A DNA stretch of 62,580 nt, filler included, from Candidatus Fermentibacterota bacterium (lineage in GTDB: Bacteria > JAFGKV01), in the NCBI GenBank assembly GCA_016928395.1. It is 8 parts of 8 records of this genome, joined end to end, with 100 filler letters (N's around TTAATTAATTAA, not from the genome) between each part and the next. Parts side by side here need not be neighbours in the genome. Positions count along the whole stretch, not along the records: positions 20,009 to 30,769 come from JAFGKV010000316.1; positions 30,870 to 40,492 come from JAFGKV010000317.1; 6 more parts are not named here. One strand, 5' to 3'. The first letter of the stretch is position 1, and each line of letters opens with the position of its first letter. The notes under the pieces were generated by a model. The model did no database searches and was not told where the DNA came from. It saw only the letters and a program-made list of their open reading frames with translations. Shown in pieces: positions 29,103 through 38,390 of this stretch. Made by a program: the position numbers and the translations under genes.

Positions 29103-30302
29103 GTGAAGATTGCGGTATTGGGAGGGGCGGGCCTGATGGGCTCGGGGACCGTGCGAGATCTGGTTTCCCGGGAATCCGCTGGAATCGACCGGGTGATCGT
29201 AGCAGACATAGACCTGGACAAGGCGCGGCGGCTTGTCGATAGCCTCGGTGACAAACGGCTGGAGCCAGCCCGCCTAGACGTTCGGGATCGCCGGAGCTGC
29301 CTGGCGGTTCTGAAGGCAGTGGACATCTGCATCAACGGCGTACCTACGTTTGCGGGATTTCAGATGGACATCTTCCACTGCTGCCTGGAGGCCAAGTGCC
29401 ACTACATTGACTTCGGCGGAATGGGGATCTACACACCCCAGCAGAAAGCCGAGCACGACGCTTGGAGCCGAGCCGGGGTGACCGCGATCCTGGGCCTGGG
29501 GTCCGACCCCGGCATGTCGAATGTACTGTGCAAGGCCGTGGCGGAACAGCTGGAGGAGATCGACAAGATCAGTCTCTATTGGGCGTCGAAGTTGGTGGGT
29601 GACGAGAATCCGGTACTCGTGCCTCCGTACAGTATTTCGACGCTGCTCGGGGAATACGCCAACAACAGCAAGCAATTCATAAACGGCGAGCTTGTGGACA
29701 AACCACCGCTCAGCGGAGAGGTGTCTCTCGTGCTGCCGCCGCCCTTTGGCCAAACCGAGTTCGTGCATTCGCAGCATTCGGAACCGCTCACCGTTCCCTT
29801 CGCCAAGGGAATCAAGGACAAGGGGATCAGAGAATTCACCTGGCGTCTCCATCTCCCGGAGAAGGAACATGAGGTGTACAAGAGTCTCGTCAAAGTAGGA
29901 TTCGGGGAGTTTGCCGTTCCGATCGACTTTAGAGGCATGAGCGTCGCGCCCGCCGAGTTCCTCGAGGCTCTGATCGCCCGAAACATCGAGAGGAACCGGC
30001 ACAGGATCCCCCACCAGGATGCCTACGAGATCCACCTGGCCATCGGCGAAGGCAGAATGAACCGCAAGAAGACCACCGTGCAGTGCATGGTTTTCGTGGC
30101 TCCGGATCCGTTCTACACAGACTACAACGATGCGGCTACTTCGATGAACGCCTCGATTGGAGCTCAGCTCCTGGGACGACCGAAGCCAGTTCCCGGCGTA
30201 TGGGGGCCGGAGGAATACTACAATGTACAGGAATACTTCTCGGAACTAAAGAAGAGGCACTTCAAGATTACTCTCGCGGTGACAACGGAAGAGGAACTCT
30301 AG
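29103..30302 (+). CDS. Saccharopine dehydrogenase / lysine 6-dehydrogenase-family oxidoreductase
   Basis: MKIAVLGGAGLMG Rossmann fold; HYIDFGG; GLGSDPGMSN; HSEP; PGVWGPE. Confidence 0.85.
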   Translation: MKIAVLGGAGLMGSGTVRDLVSRESAGIDRVIVADIDLDKARRLVDSLGDKRLEPARLDVRDRRSCLAVLKAVDICINGVPTFAGFQMDIFHCCLEAKCHYIDFGGMGIYTPQQKAEHDAWSRAGVTAILGLGSDPGMSNVLCKAVAEQLEEIDKISLYWASKLVGDENPVLVPPYSISTLLGEYANNSKQFINGELVDKPPLSGEVSLVLPPPFGQTEFVHSQHSEPLTVPFAKGIKDKGIREFTWRLHLPEKEHEVYKSLVKVGFGEFAVPIDFRGMSVAPAEFLEALIARNIERNRHRIPHQDAYEIHLAIGEGRMNRKKTTVQCMVFVAPDPFYTDYNDAATSMNASIGAQLLGRPKPVPGVWGPEEYYNVQEYFSELKKRHFKITLAVTTEEEL

Positions 30303-30430
30303 CCGGTCCGAGGCCTTTCGGTCGGGGGGTACTCGGGCCGCAGACCTCTCACCCCCATCTCGCCGGGGTTTCACCTTGACATTCCTGCACGCCTCCACTC
30401 TCATAGACAATCAGGGCACCGCCTAGAAAC

Positions 30431-30769
30431 ATGGACTACCGACTGTCCAAGTCCAAGTATCTCACCGGCCTGAACTGCCTGAAGGCGCTCTGGCTCACGA
30501 TCCGCGATCCGGGCAAGGCCGCTCCGCCCTCGCCCGCCCAGGAGTACATCTTTGCGCAGGGCACGAGGGTCGGGCTCGTGGCCCAGGAGTGCTTCCCTGA
30601 GGGGGTTCTGGTGGCCGCACCCTCGTACCAGGCTCCTGCTGCCCTGGCGGAGACCCGGGCGCTCGTAGCCGGAGGGGTGCCGGCTGTGTTCGAGGCCGCC
30701 TTCTTCCACGATAACATCCTGGTGCGGGTCGACGTGCTGCGCCGCTCGGCCGAGGTCGGGCACGATGCC
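30431..30769 (+). CDS. DUF2779-associated PD-(D/E)XK-like protein N-terminus (partial)
   Basis: LSKSKYLTGLNCLKALWL..G..VG..A...FP.G..FEAAF..RVDVL. Confidence 0.7.
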
Positions 30770-30949
30770 NNNNNNNNNNNNNNNNNNNNNNNNNNNNNNN
30801 NNNNNNNNNNNNNTTAATTAATTAANNNNNNNNNNNNNNNNNNNNNNNNNNNNNNNNNNNNNNNNNNNNGAGATAGGTGCGCTGTCCACCAGCGAGCGGT
30901 GCGCCGGAGACGGGCGCGGGAGCGCCGACGTCGGAGGCGTCAGCGTGAG

Positions 30950-31180
30950 CAAAATCCCTCCCCCGCCTCCCTTTGCCAAAGGGACGGGACGCGTGAACGC
31001 TGAATATCGAACACTCAACATCCAACGTCGAACCGGAGCGCGGGCGAGGGGCGCGGAGCGCTTGGAGAGCCTCCCCCTTTGTCAAAGGGGGAATGAGGGG
31101 GATTTGGAAATCCCACGCGACCTCCCTTTGCGAAAGGGAGGGGATTGAGAAGCATGAGCATTCAACGTCGAACGTCGAGG
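30950..31180. repeat. CCCTTT..AAAGGG palindromes and (TYGAACG)-type heptamer repeats; same heptamers at 39528-39680
   Basis: CTCCCCCTTTGTCAAAGGGGG; AACGTCGAACGTTGAACGTTG. Confidence 0.7.
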
Positions 31181-31227
31181 CCCTTGAGCAGTGAGGAGAA
31201 TGCAGTGAGCACATCCCGGGGGATCAG

Positions 31228-32829
31228 ATGCTGATGTACCAAGCCGGAAGCGTGGTGATCGGGAGATTCGAGCTTCGGCAGAAGCTCGGGGCCGGGGGCA
31301 TGGGGATCGTCTTCGGCGCCATGGACCGGAAGCTCGACGAAGAAGTCGCGCTTAAGTTTCTCCCACCGGCAATGGCCGGGGATCGCGATTCGCTGGATCT
31401 GTTTGCCAGGGAGGTGAAGCGAGCGAGGAAGGTTCCCGGGAAGTACATCCTACGGGTCTATGACATCTGGGACGACGGCGAAGGCGGCGTGTTCGTGACC
31501 ATGGAATGGGCAAAGGGGGGAGATCTCAATGGCTATCGGAAGCAACATGGACTGGTCGGTTTGCTGACGTGGGACCAGGTTAGGGGTTTACTGCACCCGA
31601 TCTTGCTGGGCCTGCAGACGGTGCATGAGGCGGGGATCGTGCATCGGGATGTGAAACCGGCGAATATCCTGTTCCGGGAGGATGGGACACCCGTCGTGGC
31701 GGACTTCGGAATATCGAAGTCAATCAAGGCCTCCATGAGCCGCATCTCGCAAGATGCGACTATCAGCGGCACGCCGGCCTATATGGCACCCGAAGCGATT
31801 CGCGGTGAAGGCGTGAGCCCCGCGACGGATTTGTACGCGATGGGGTGCATGGCATACGAGCTGCTGACAGGCCATACGCCCTTTGTCGGCGATCCCATGT
31901 CGATAATGTACAACCAGACCCATGCAGACCCGTCGTTCCGGGGAATCGAAAGGAATGCGTTGCGGTGGGTCGGTGCATGCCTGGCGAAAGATCCCGCGCG
32001 CAGGGTGCAGACCGCGGAGGCGCTGATCCGAGGCCTGGAGGATCCGAGTCGGTTGCCGATGTATGTGCCGACCGGTCCTTCGGCGGTGGCCACGGTAGTG
32101 CCCGTTCACCAACCGGGGGAGGCGGCACATGCGTCGAGTCCCCCGGCCGCGCCCGCTGACTTGACCCGCCGAGTGGGGACTCTGCCGAGCGCACAGACTG
32201 CGACTCCGGAATCCGCTAGATCCACCGGTGGTCGCGCGGCTTCTCCCCGAGGACCTGCGGTCTCGAGTTCAGACGTGCGGCCGAGACGCAAACCATCGTC
32301 CAATTGGTGGGTTTATGTACCGGTGGGGCTTATCGCACTGCTGGTGATCCTCATTGTGTCGGTTGCCTCTGTGGCACAAAGGAACAGGGCGCAGCGAGCT
32401 ATCGGTTCGCCCGCGGCTTCCACAGGCCAGTATCGCACGCCGGCCACGGCGGCCGGCCCATCAGGCTCTGGCACTGGCCAGGTTCAAGACCAGTTGGGAG
32501 TCAGGTCGCAGACGGCCGGTTCGGGATCTGGGGCAACCTCTCAAAGCGACGACCGCGCCGGAGCCTCCGAGAAGACCCGAACCCCAGTGATTCCCGAGTC
32601 GGTTGTTCGCCCCGAAGAGGTCAAACCTCAAGCCAAAGCGGTCAAGCCTTCACCGCCCAAGGTGCAGGCACTGTGCCCGAAATGTGGCAAGATGACTGCC
32701 AAGACCTCGGACGGGCGATGTACGGAATGCGGCGTACGGCTGGGAAACCGGACCGTTGTGTGCCCGACCTGCAAGAAATGGACGTCCCCCGGGACTGTCT
32801 GTGACCAATGCGGTTCGCGGCTGAGGTAG
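31228..32829 (+). CDS. Hanks-type Ser/Thr kinase with TM helix and C-terminal double zinc ribbon
   Basis: GAGGMG, VALK, HRDVKPAN, DFG, APE; TM about aa 360-385; four CxxC at the C-terminus. Confidence 0.93.
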   Translation: MLMYQAGSVVIGRFELRQKLGAGGMGIVFGAMDRKLDEEVALKFLPPAMAGDRDSLDLFAREVKRARKVPGKYILRVYDIWDDGEGGVFVTMEWAKGGDLNGYRKQHGLVGLLTWDQVRGLLHPILLGLQTVHEAGIVHRDVKPANILFREDGTPVVADFGISKSIKASMSRISQDATISGTPAYMAPEAIRGEGVSPATDLYAMGCMAYELLTGHTPFVGDPMSIMYNQTHADPSFRGIERNALRWVGACLAKDPARRVQTAEALIRGLEDPSRLPMYVPTGPSAVATVVPVHQPGEAAHASSPPAAPADLTRRVGTLPSAQTATPESARSTGGRAASPRGPAVSSSDVRPRRKPSSNWWVYVPVGLIALLVILIVSVASVAQRNRAQRAIGSPAASTGQYRTPATAAGPSGSGTGQVQDQLGVRSQTAGSGSGATSQSDDRAGASEKTRTPVIPESVVRPEEVKPQAKAVKPSPPKVQALCPKCGKMTAKTSDGRCTECGVRLGNRTVVCPTCKKWTSPGTVCDQCGSRLR

Positions 32830-32874
32830 GCGGATGTCGTCACCGATGAGAGCATCCAGCCCAAGGAGGTTGAT

Positions 32875-34281
32875 ATGAGGGTGGCTGCTTTGTTCGTGGC
32901 AATGCTATCCTTGGCGGCCACGCTTTGGGCAAAGCCCTGCCCCCGATGCGGGACGGAGAATGATGAGTTGGCGAAGTTCTGCAAGTCAGGGTGTGGGTAT
33001 GAGTTCGTCGAGCAGGAGGTGGAGCAAGAAGAGCCGGATCCCGCAACCATCCTCCTGAGGGCAAATGAGGCCTATGCAGAAGGACGATGGGACGAGGCAC
33101 TGCGCATCTACGAGGCTTTGCTGAAGAAGGACCCTGAGAACGCTCTGGCGAAGGTACGGATTCCCGACTGTGAGAGAAGAGTCAGCGAACTCAGGAGACA
33201 ACGCCAGGCTGAGGAACGAGCCAGAGAGGAGGTTCGCGTCTTCGAACACTGGCTGAGACAAGCCTCCGAGCAGCGGCAGTATCGATTGGCTACCGCACGA
33301 GGTCTCGTCGACGAGGGCAAGCTGGTGGAGGCTGCCACCTACACCTTGCTTGCGCTGGCGCCGGACTGGAGTTGGCACGAGGGCAGGTCTCTTCTTTGTG
33401 ATATTGCCGAGAAGTCGAACTGGAGTCATGGCATTGATCAGGCGGCCGGGGTCTTCGCAGACGCCCCGATTGCATCACGATTTCGTGAGCAGTTGCAGCA
33501 GAGTGCTCTCTCTCTCTGTTTGGAGATGATCTCCGGTCTGGTGAAAGTCGATGTCTCGAACGAGCACGCCCGAGTTCTCGTTGACTCGGTGTTCGTGGGC
33601 CTGACTCCGGTTGAACAGCGGCTTGGTGTCGGCCGGCATGCCATCGTCGTTGAGTTGGAGGGCTACTACGCAGTCAGGGAGAGCCTTGAAGTCGCGCCGG
33701 GAGATACCGTGCGCCTCACATTCGATCTTACGCCCCTTTTCGGACATGCCGTGTTCCTCTCGCATCCCGAGGGCGCAGCCGTTCAGGTGAACGGACTGCT
33801 CAAAGGCATCACGCCATTGGGACCGATTCGACTCCAGGGCGGCCGCAAGAATCTCTCGTTGGTGCGCAAGGGATACGAGCCCTGGGGAGGAGTTTTCGAG
33901 GTCGGGGAAGGGGACACGGTCTCTGTGTACGGGGATCTGGCGCGCAAGAGCGCCGGGAAGGCGTTCATCCGTTCGCTCGTGATCCCCGGGTCGGGTCAAC
34001 GCTACAGGGATCGTGGCACGATGGGCGCGTTCTACACTCTGGCGGAGATGGCTGCCATCGTGGTCAGTGTGAGGTCCTATGTCTCTTACAACGATGCGGT
34101 CGATGAATATGACAGAGCCAAGAGTGCGTATGATCGCGCGACGTCCGGATATGAGCCTCTCTGGAACTCGATGAACGTGAAGTACGAGGCAGCGAATAGG
34201 AAGCGAAAGGACTATAATCTCGCGATTTCTCTCGCGGGGGTAGTCTACGCGGTGAATCTCATAGACTGCGTGTTGTTCTAG
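32875..34281 (+). CDS. Secreted zinc-ribbon/TPR/2xPEGA/DUF5683-like protein
   Basis: Signal peptide; CPRCG..FCKSGCG; TPR; VGLTP and SHPEGAAV..GITP; RSLVIPGSGQRY. Confidence 0.8.
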   Translation: MRVAALFVAMLSLAATLWAKPCPRCGTENDELAKFCKSGCGYEFVEQEVEQEEPDPATILLRANEAYAEGRWDEALRIYEALLKKDPENALAKVRIPDCERRVSELRRQRQAEERAREEVRVFEHWLRQASEQRQYRLATARGLVDEGKLVEAATYTLLALAPDWSWHEGRSLLCDIAEKSNWSHGIDQAAGVFADAPIASRFREQLQQSALSLCLEMISGLVKVDVSNEHARVLVDSVFVGLTPVEQRLGVGRHAIVVELEGYYAVRESLEVAPGDTVRLTFDLTPLFGHAVFLSHPEGAAVQVNGLLKGITPLGPIRLQGGRKNLSLVRKGYEPWGGVFEVGEGDTVSVYGDLARKSAGKAFIRSLVIPGSGQRYRDRGTMGAFYTLAEMAAIVVSVRSYVSYNDAVDEYDRAKSAYDRATSGYEPLWNSMNVKYEAANRKRKDYNLAISLAGVVYAVNLIDCVLF

Positions 34282-34307
34282 ACCGCGCAATTGCTTCAGG
34301 AGGAGCC

Positions 34308-36854
34308 ATGGCACTGAGAGGATCGCCGATTGGTCGGCTGTTGCTCCTGTTAGCAGCGGTATCGATCGGTAGCTTCGTTCTGCACTGTGCGCGCGAGCTG
34401 GAAGCGCCTCAGGAGGCCGAGTGGATCGAGGTCAGTTCGCCGCGCGAGGACACCAGTTGGACGGTGGGCACGACGGGTCATGTCCGGTGGACATCGAGGG
34501 GCACCTCAGGGACAGTATGCCTCGATGTGAGCAGTGACTCGGCCCAATCCTGGCTGGCCATTGCTCCCGAGGCGCCTGACATCGGAAGCTATGCATGGAC
34601 GGTGACTGGCACGGCTTGTTCGTATTGTGTGCTGCGTGTCAGGGATGTCGACGGGCAGCCGACGGGCATCAGTAAGGCTTTCCGCATTCTCCTGCCAGCT
34701 CCTGCTCTCGTGGAGCCAGACAGCGGGACCACAACGCAGAACCGCCGACCGTACTTCGGATGGGCTGATGCTCCCGGCGCAACCAGCTATCGTCTGCAGA
34801 TCGATAGTGGAACAGCGTTTTCTTCGCCACACTCGGATACTGTTGTGACCGTCTCGGAGTACGTGCCTCACGCCGATCTCTCCTATGGGACTCATTGGTG
34901 GCGGGTGTGCGCAGGCTGCGGCGTTTCTTGGAGTGCATGGAGTGCGCCTTGGAGCGTCATGGTGACCACCACGATCGGGGTCCCTCTCCTCACTCAACCA
35001 TCGGCAGGCGATACCCTCTACGTCGCGATGCCGTATTTCGGGTGGAGTGATGTGCCCGGGGCCACGAAGTATGAGATCACCATCGGTCTGGATTCGCTCT
35101 TGTCCAATCCAGAGGTTCAGGACACCACGGTTGTCTCCGAGTATCAGCAGGCGTTGGCCCTCCCGGCGGAGCGGCACTACTGGCGAGTTAGAGCAGGAGA
35201 CGGGTTTGGGTGGGGCGCCTATGCGGGTCCTCAATCCTTCGTCATCCTCAACGGGATCGGCGTCCCCGTGCTCGACCTACCCCCGGATGGCAGCACGACC
35301 TATGACCGCACGCCGTTTCTTCGGTGGTATCCGTTGGTCGATGCCGAGAGGTACCGAGTGGAGATTGCTGCTGATTCAGACTTCGTATTCGTCGAGGTCG
35401 CTGATGAAGTGATGGCAACGGAACTCACGGTGAATGAGATGCTGGCGCTGGGGACTCACTATTGGCGAGTGCGTGCCGGCGTCGGATCCCTGTGGGGTCA
35501 ATGGACATCTCCGAGGTCGTTTATTGTCAGCGTCGAGCCGGGCGTCCCTGAGCTCCTGTCACCTGCTGATGGGGCTACATTGCAGGATCAGACACCTTCC
35601 CTGACATGGTCGAGTATCCTGGGTGCGACGAGCTACGCTGTGCAGGTTGCGGACAACACCGCTTTTGTGTCGCCGCTTATGGACGCCATCGCGGTTGACA
35701 CGACAGCAACTGTCTCCCCAGCGTTGGTTTCGGGGGCCTACTACTGGCATGTCAGGGCCGGCAATGGTCTTGAGTGGGGTGACTGGTCTGATCACTGGCA
35801 ATTCTTGATTGCGACCGTGCCGGCAGTGCCGGGGTTGGTATGGCCGGACAGCGGAGCGATCGTGGAAAGTGGTGTACCCACGTTCGACTGGACCGATGTA
35901 GAGGCTGCCACGGGCTATCAACTCCAGGTGGACAACACGAATTCGTTTGCGCTGCCGATAGAGATCGACGTAGAGACCACGCTCTCGACTTACACGCCTT
36001 TGGATAGCCTGATCCGGGGTCGGCACTACTGGCGAGTGCGTGCGGGCAATGATCAGGGATGGAGCGCGTGGACTAATCCGTGGAGTTTTACCTTCCCCGG
36101 GCCGACACTACTCGACATGGTGTCACTTCCGGGCGGGGCATTCATGATGGGGTTCTGCGACTCGACGGGTGCGGGGTATGATCAACAGCCGGTTCACGAG
36201 GTGACCCTGAGTCCGTTCAGCATCTCCCGTTATGAGGTCACCCAGGAGCAGTATGCGTTGTACGACCCGTCGCACGGGTCTGAGTTCCAGAACACCGAGG
36301 GGCCGGTCGAGAATGTGAGTTGGTTCGATGCGGCGCGGTTCTGCAACTGGTTGAGCCGACGCGAAGGCCACACGGAGTTCTACGTCGAATCAGACTGGAG
36401 CTGCAACTGGACGGCCGACGGCTACCGGCTTCCCACCGAGGCGGAATGGGAATACGCCTGCCGTGGAGGCACCACGAGTCACTACTACGGTGGGGACACC
36501 GACACGCTTTACAACCTGTGTGAACCGCTTGACCCGACGCTCGATCCCATAGCCTGGTATTGCGGCAACACATCCGCTCCCCACGAGGTGGGAGGGAAGA
36601 CACCGAATGCCTTCGGGCTATATGACACCAGCGGAAACGTGTACGAGTGGTGCAATGACTGGTACCTGTGGAACTACTACGAGTATTCGCCATCCAGCGA
36701 TCCTCCCGGTCCCGAGAGCGAGCTGCAGCGTGTGAACCGAGGGGGCTCGTGGTATGGCTATGCCATGAACTGCCGATCTGCGGCCAGAGCCGCGGACGAT
36801 CCCGGCGTTGTGTATCCGGATCTCGGGTTCAGGGTGGTGCGGAGAGGCGGGTGA
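34308..36854 (+). CDS. Lipoprotein-like protein with five Fn3/Ig-like repeats and an FGE-sulfatase (SUMF1) domain
   Basis: Repeated P.L..P..G....PxFxW..V.GA..Y..Q..YWRVRA; RLPTEAEWEYACRGG, PNAFGLYD.SGNVYEWC, RGGSW, GFRVVR. Confidence 0.88.
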   Translation: MALRGSPIGRLLLLLAAVSIGSFVLHCARELEAPQEAEWIEVSSPREDTSWTVGTTGHVRWTSRGTSGTVCLDVSSDSAQSWLAIAPEAPDIGSYAWTVTGTACSYCVLRVRDVDGQPTGISKAFRILLPAPALVEPDSGTTTQNRRPYFGWADAPGATSYRLQIDSGTAFSSPHSDTVVTVSEYVPHADLSYGTHWWRVCAGCGVSWSAWSAPWSVMVTTTIGVPLLTQPSAGDTLYVAMPYFGWSDVPGATKYEITIGLDSLLSNPEVQDTTVVSEYQQALALPAERHYWRVRAGDGFGWGAYAGPQSFVILNGIGVPVLDLPPDGSTTYDRTPFLRWYPLVDAERYRVEIAADSDFVFVEVADEVMATELTVNEMLALGTHYWRVRAGVGSLWGQWTSPRSFIVSVEPGVPELLSPADGATLQDQTPSLTWSSILGATSYAVQVADNTAFVSPLMDAIAVDTTATVSPALVSGAYYWHVRAGNGLEWGDWSDHWQFLIATVPAVPGLVWPDSGAIVESGVPTFDWTDVEAATGYQLQVDNTNSFALPIEIDVETTLSTYTPLDSLIRGRHYWRVRAGNDQGWSAWTNPWSFTFPGPTLLDMVSLPGGAFMMGFCDSTGAGYDQQPVHEVTLSPFSISRYEVTQEQYALYDPSHGSEFQNTEGPVENVSWFDAARFCNWLSRREGHTEFYVESDWSCNWTADGYRLPTEAEWEYACRGGTTSHYYGGDTDTLYNLCEPLDPTLDPIAWYCGNTSAPHEVGGKTPNAFGLYDTSGNVYEWCNDWYLWNYYEYSPSSDPPGPESELQRVNRGGSWYGYAMNCRSAARAADDPGVVYPDLGFRVVRRGG

Positions 36855-36959
36855 GGAGTCACAAAAGGTCAGGAGAAGTTGCAGGCCGGCGAATGATGAG
36901 GGAAGAACGCCAGCCTGCCAGGTCTGTGGAGTCGACACACTGCCGAAAGGTGGAATGAC

Positions 36960-38003
36960 ATGAAGGCAGCAGCAATCCTCCTCATGCTCGCAATCCTCAC
37001 GGGCAATGCCCGGGCCAAACCCTGCCCTGATTGCGGGACTGAGAACGATGACCTGGCGAAATTCTGCAAGTCGGGGTGTGGGTTCGAGTTCCAGAAGGCC
37101 GGGGATAAGGTCTATGTGAAGGGCGTTGCCGACGAGGCATTCGATGCGGGGAGATGGGAGAGCGCGAAGCGGCTGTACGAGCACCTGTTGAGTCTGGACC
37201 AGGGGAATGCGTGGGCGGAACGTCGGAAGGCTGATTGTGAGCGAGAGTTAGCGGAGGAGACGCGGCGGCAGAGAGAACGAGCGGCGGCGGAGCGGGCTGC
37301 CAGGGAGAAGCGAGAGTACGACGCATGGGTTGCGAATGAGCACCGCAACCAGGCTTTCAATCTTCAGACAGCGCAGGGCTTGTTGGAGATCGACGACTAC
37401 GCAAGCGCCGGCAAGTACGCGCTTCTGGCGTTGGTGGGAGATTGGGAGAATGTAGCGGCACGCACCATTCTCTGGGAAGTTTTCGAGAACGGATTGCCCG
37501 GAGAGTGGGTCGATGTGCAGAAGGAATTTCGTGGTGTACCGGTGGCGAAGAAGTACCGAGATGAGCTGACGGAGAATAGTGCGAAAGTTGGCGCCGACAT
37601 TGTGGTCGGGATGGCCGGGAACGCAGAGCAACGAGGTGACAAGAAGGTGGCAGTGGCCCTATACGCTTTGGCGGTGCAGTACGACCCGAGCAATTCAGCA
37701 GGACGGGAAGGATTGCAGAGGTATTCGCCGCAATCGGGCGAGGATCCAGACTCCCGGCTGCGCAAGCGTTTGAGGACCATTGAACCCGAGGTGCCAAAAT
37801 GGGTAGTGGAGCAAGAGATCGAGGCCTTCGCCAAAGTGCGCATCCAGATTCGGGAAGATGGGCGCATCGGCACGACCGAGTTGACCATGTCGTCCGGGCA
37901 CCGGGAGCTGGACAACCTCGCCATCGGCGCAGTCAAGGAGTGGCTGTATGAACCAGGGCTCGTTGAGTATCGCGTTGTCCGTGTGAATTTCAAGAAGCGA
38001 TAA
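36960..38003 (+). CDS. Secreted zinc-ribbon/TPR protein with TonB C-terminal domain
   Basis: Same N-terminus as the 32875 gene; IREDG....SSGHRELDNLAI.AVKEW.YEP. Confidence 0.8.
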   Translation: MKAAAILLMLAILTGNARAKPCPDCGTENDDLAKFCKSGCGFEFQKAGDKVYVKGVADEAFDAGRWESAKRLYEHLLSLDQGNAWAERRKADCERELAEETRRQRERAAAERAAREKREYDAWVANEHRNQAFNLQTAQGLLEIDDYASAGKYALLALVGDWENVAARTILWEVFENGLPGEWVDVQKEFRGVPVAKKYRDELTENSAKVGADIVVGMAGNAEQRGDKKVAVALYALAVQYDPSNSAGREGLQRYSPQSGEDPDSRLRKRLRTIEPEVPKWVVEQEIEAFAKVRIQIREDGRIGTTELTMSSGHRELDNLAIGAVKEWLYEPGLVEYRVVRVNFKKR

Positions 38004-38089
38004 TGGCTTCCCGGCATTTCCCACGGTGGGTGCTGATCGCCATGGTGCTTGGTACGAACGGAGGCCTCTAAGCCTAAAACCTTGACGCC

Positions 38090-38335
38090 AGCGCGTTGTG
38101 TCGGTATGCAGCAAGCCACGATAACATGCATGGGAGCAGGTGGGAGTGGTTCTGGGATTGGTATGGGCTCGATGCGTCGCGGTTTGAGAGTGATCTGGTT
38201 GGTTCCTCGTTGGTCCGAGAGCGAATCCATCGTGGCGGTGCCTGGGACGACCTGACCCAGGACCGCCGCTCGGCGAGCCGTGGCGGGAACGATCCCGGTC
38301 TTCAAGGCATCGGCTTGGGATTCCGGGGGTGAGCA
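38090..38335 (+). pseudogene. Degenerate FGE-sulfatase C-terminal fragment
   Basis: NMHGSRWEWFWDWYG..RIHRGGAW..RSASR..DPG..GLGFR. Confidence 0.65.
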
Positions 38336-38390
38336 GCGCTCGCTGCTATAGGCTCGGTCTGGGAGAAAACCGGGAAGTCGGAGGTGTGAC

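Noticed and set aside
36620-38335. Complete diversity-generating retroelement
   Set aside because: No reverse transcriptase, and the two FGE tails differ at many non-adenine positions
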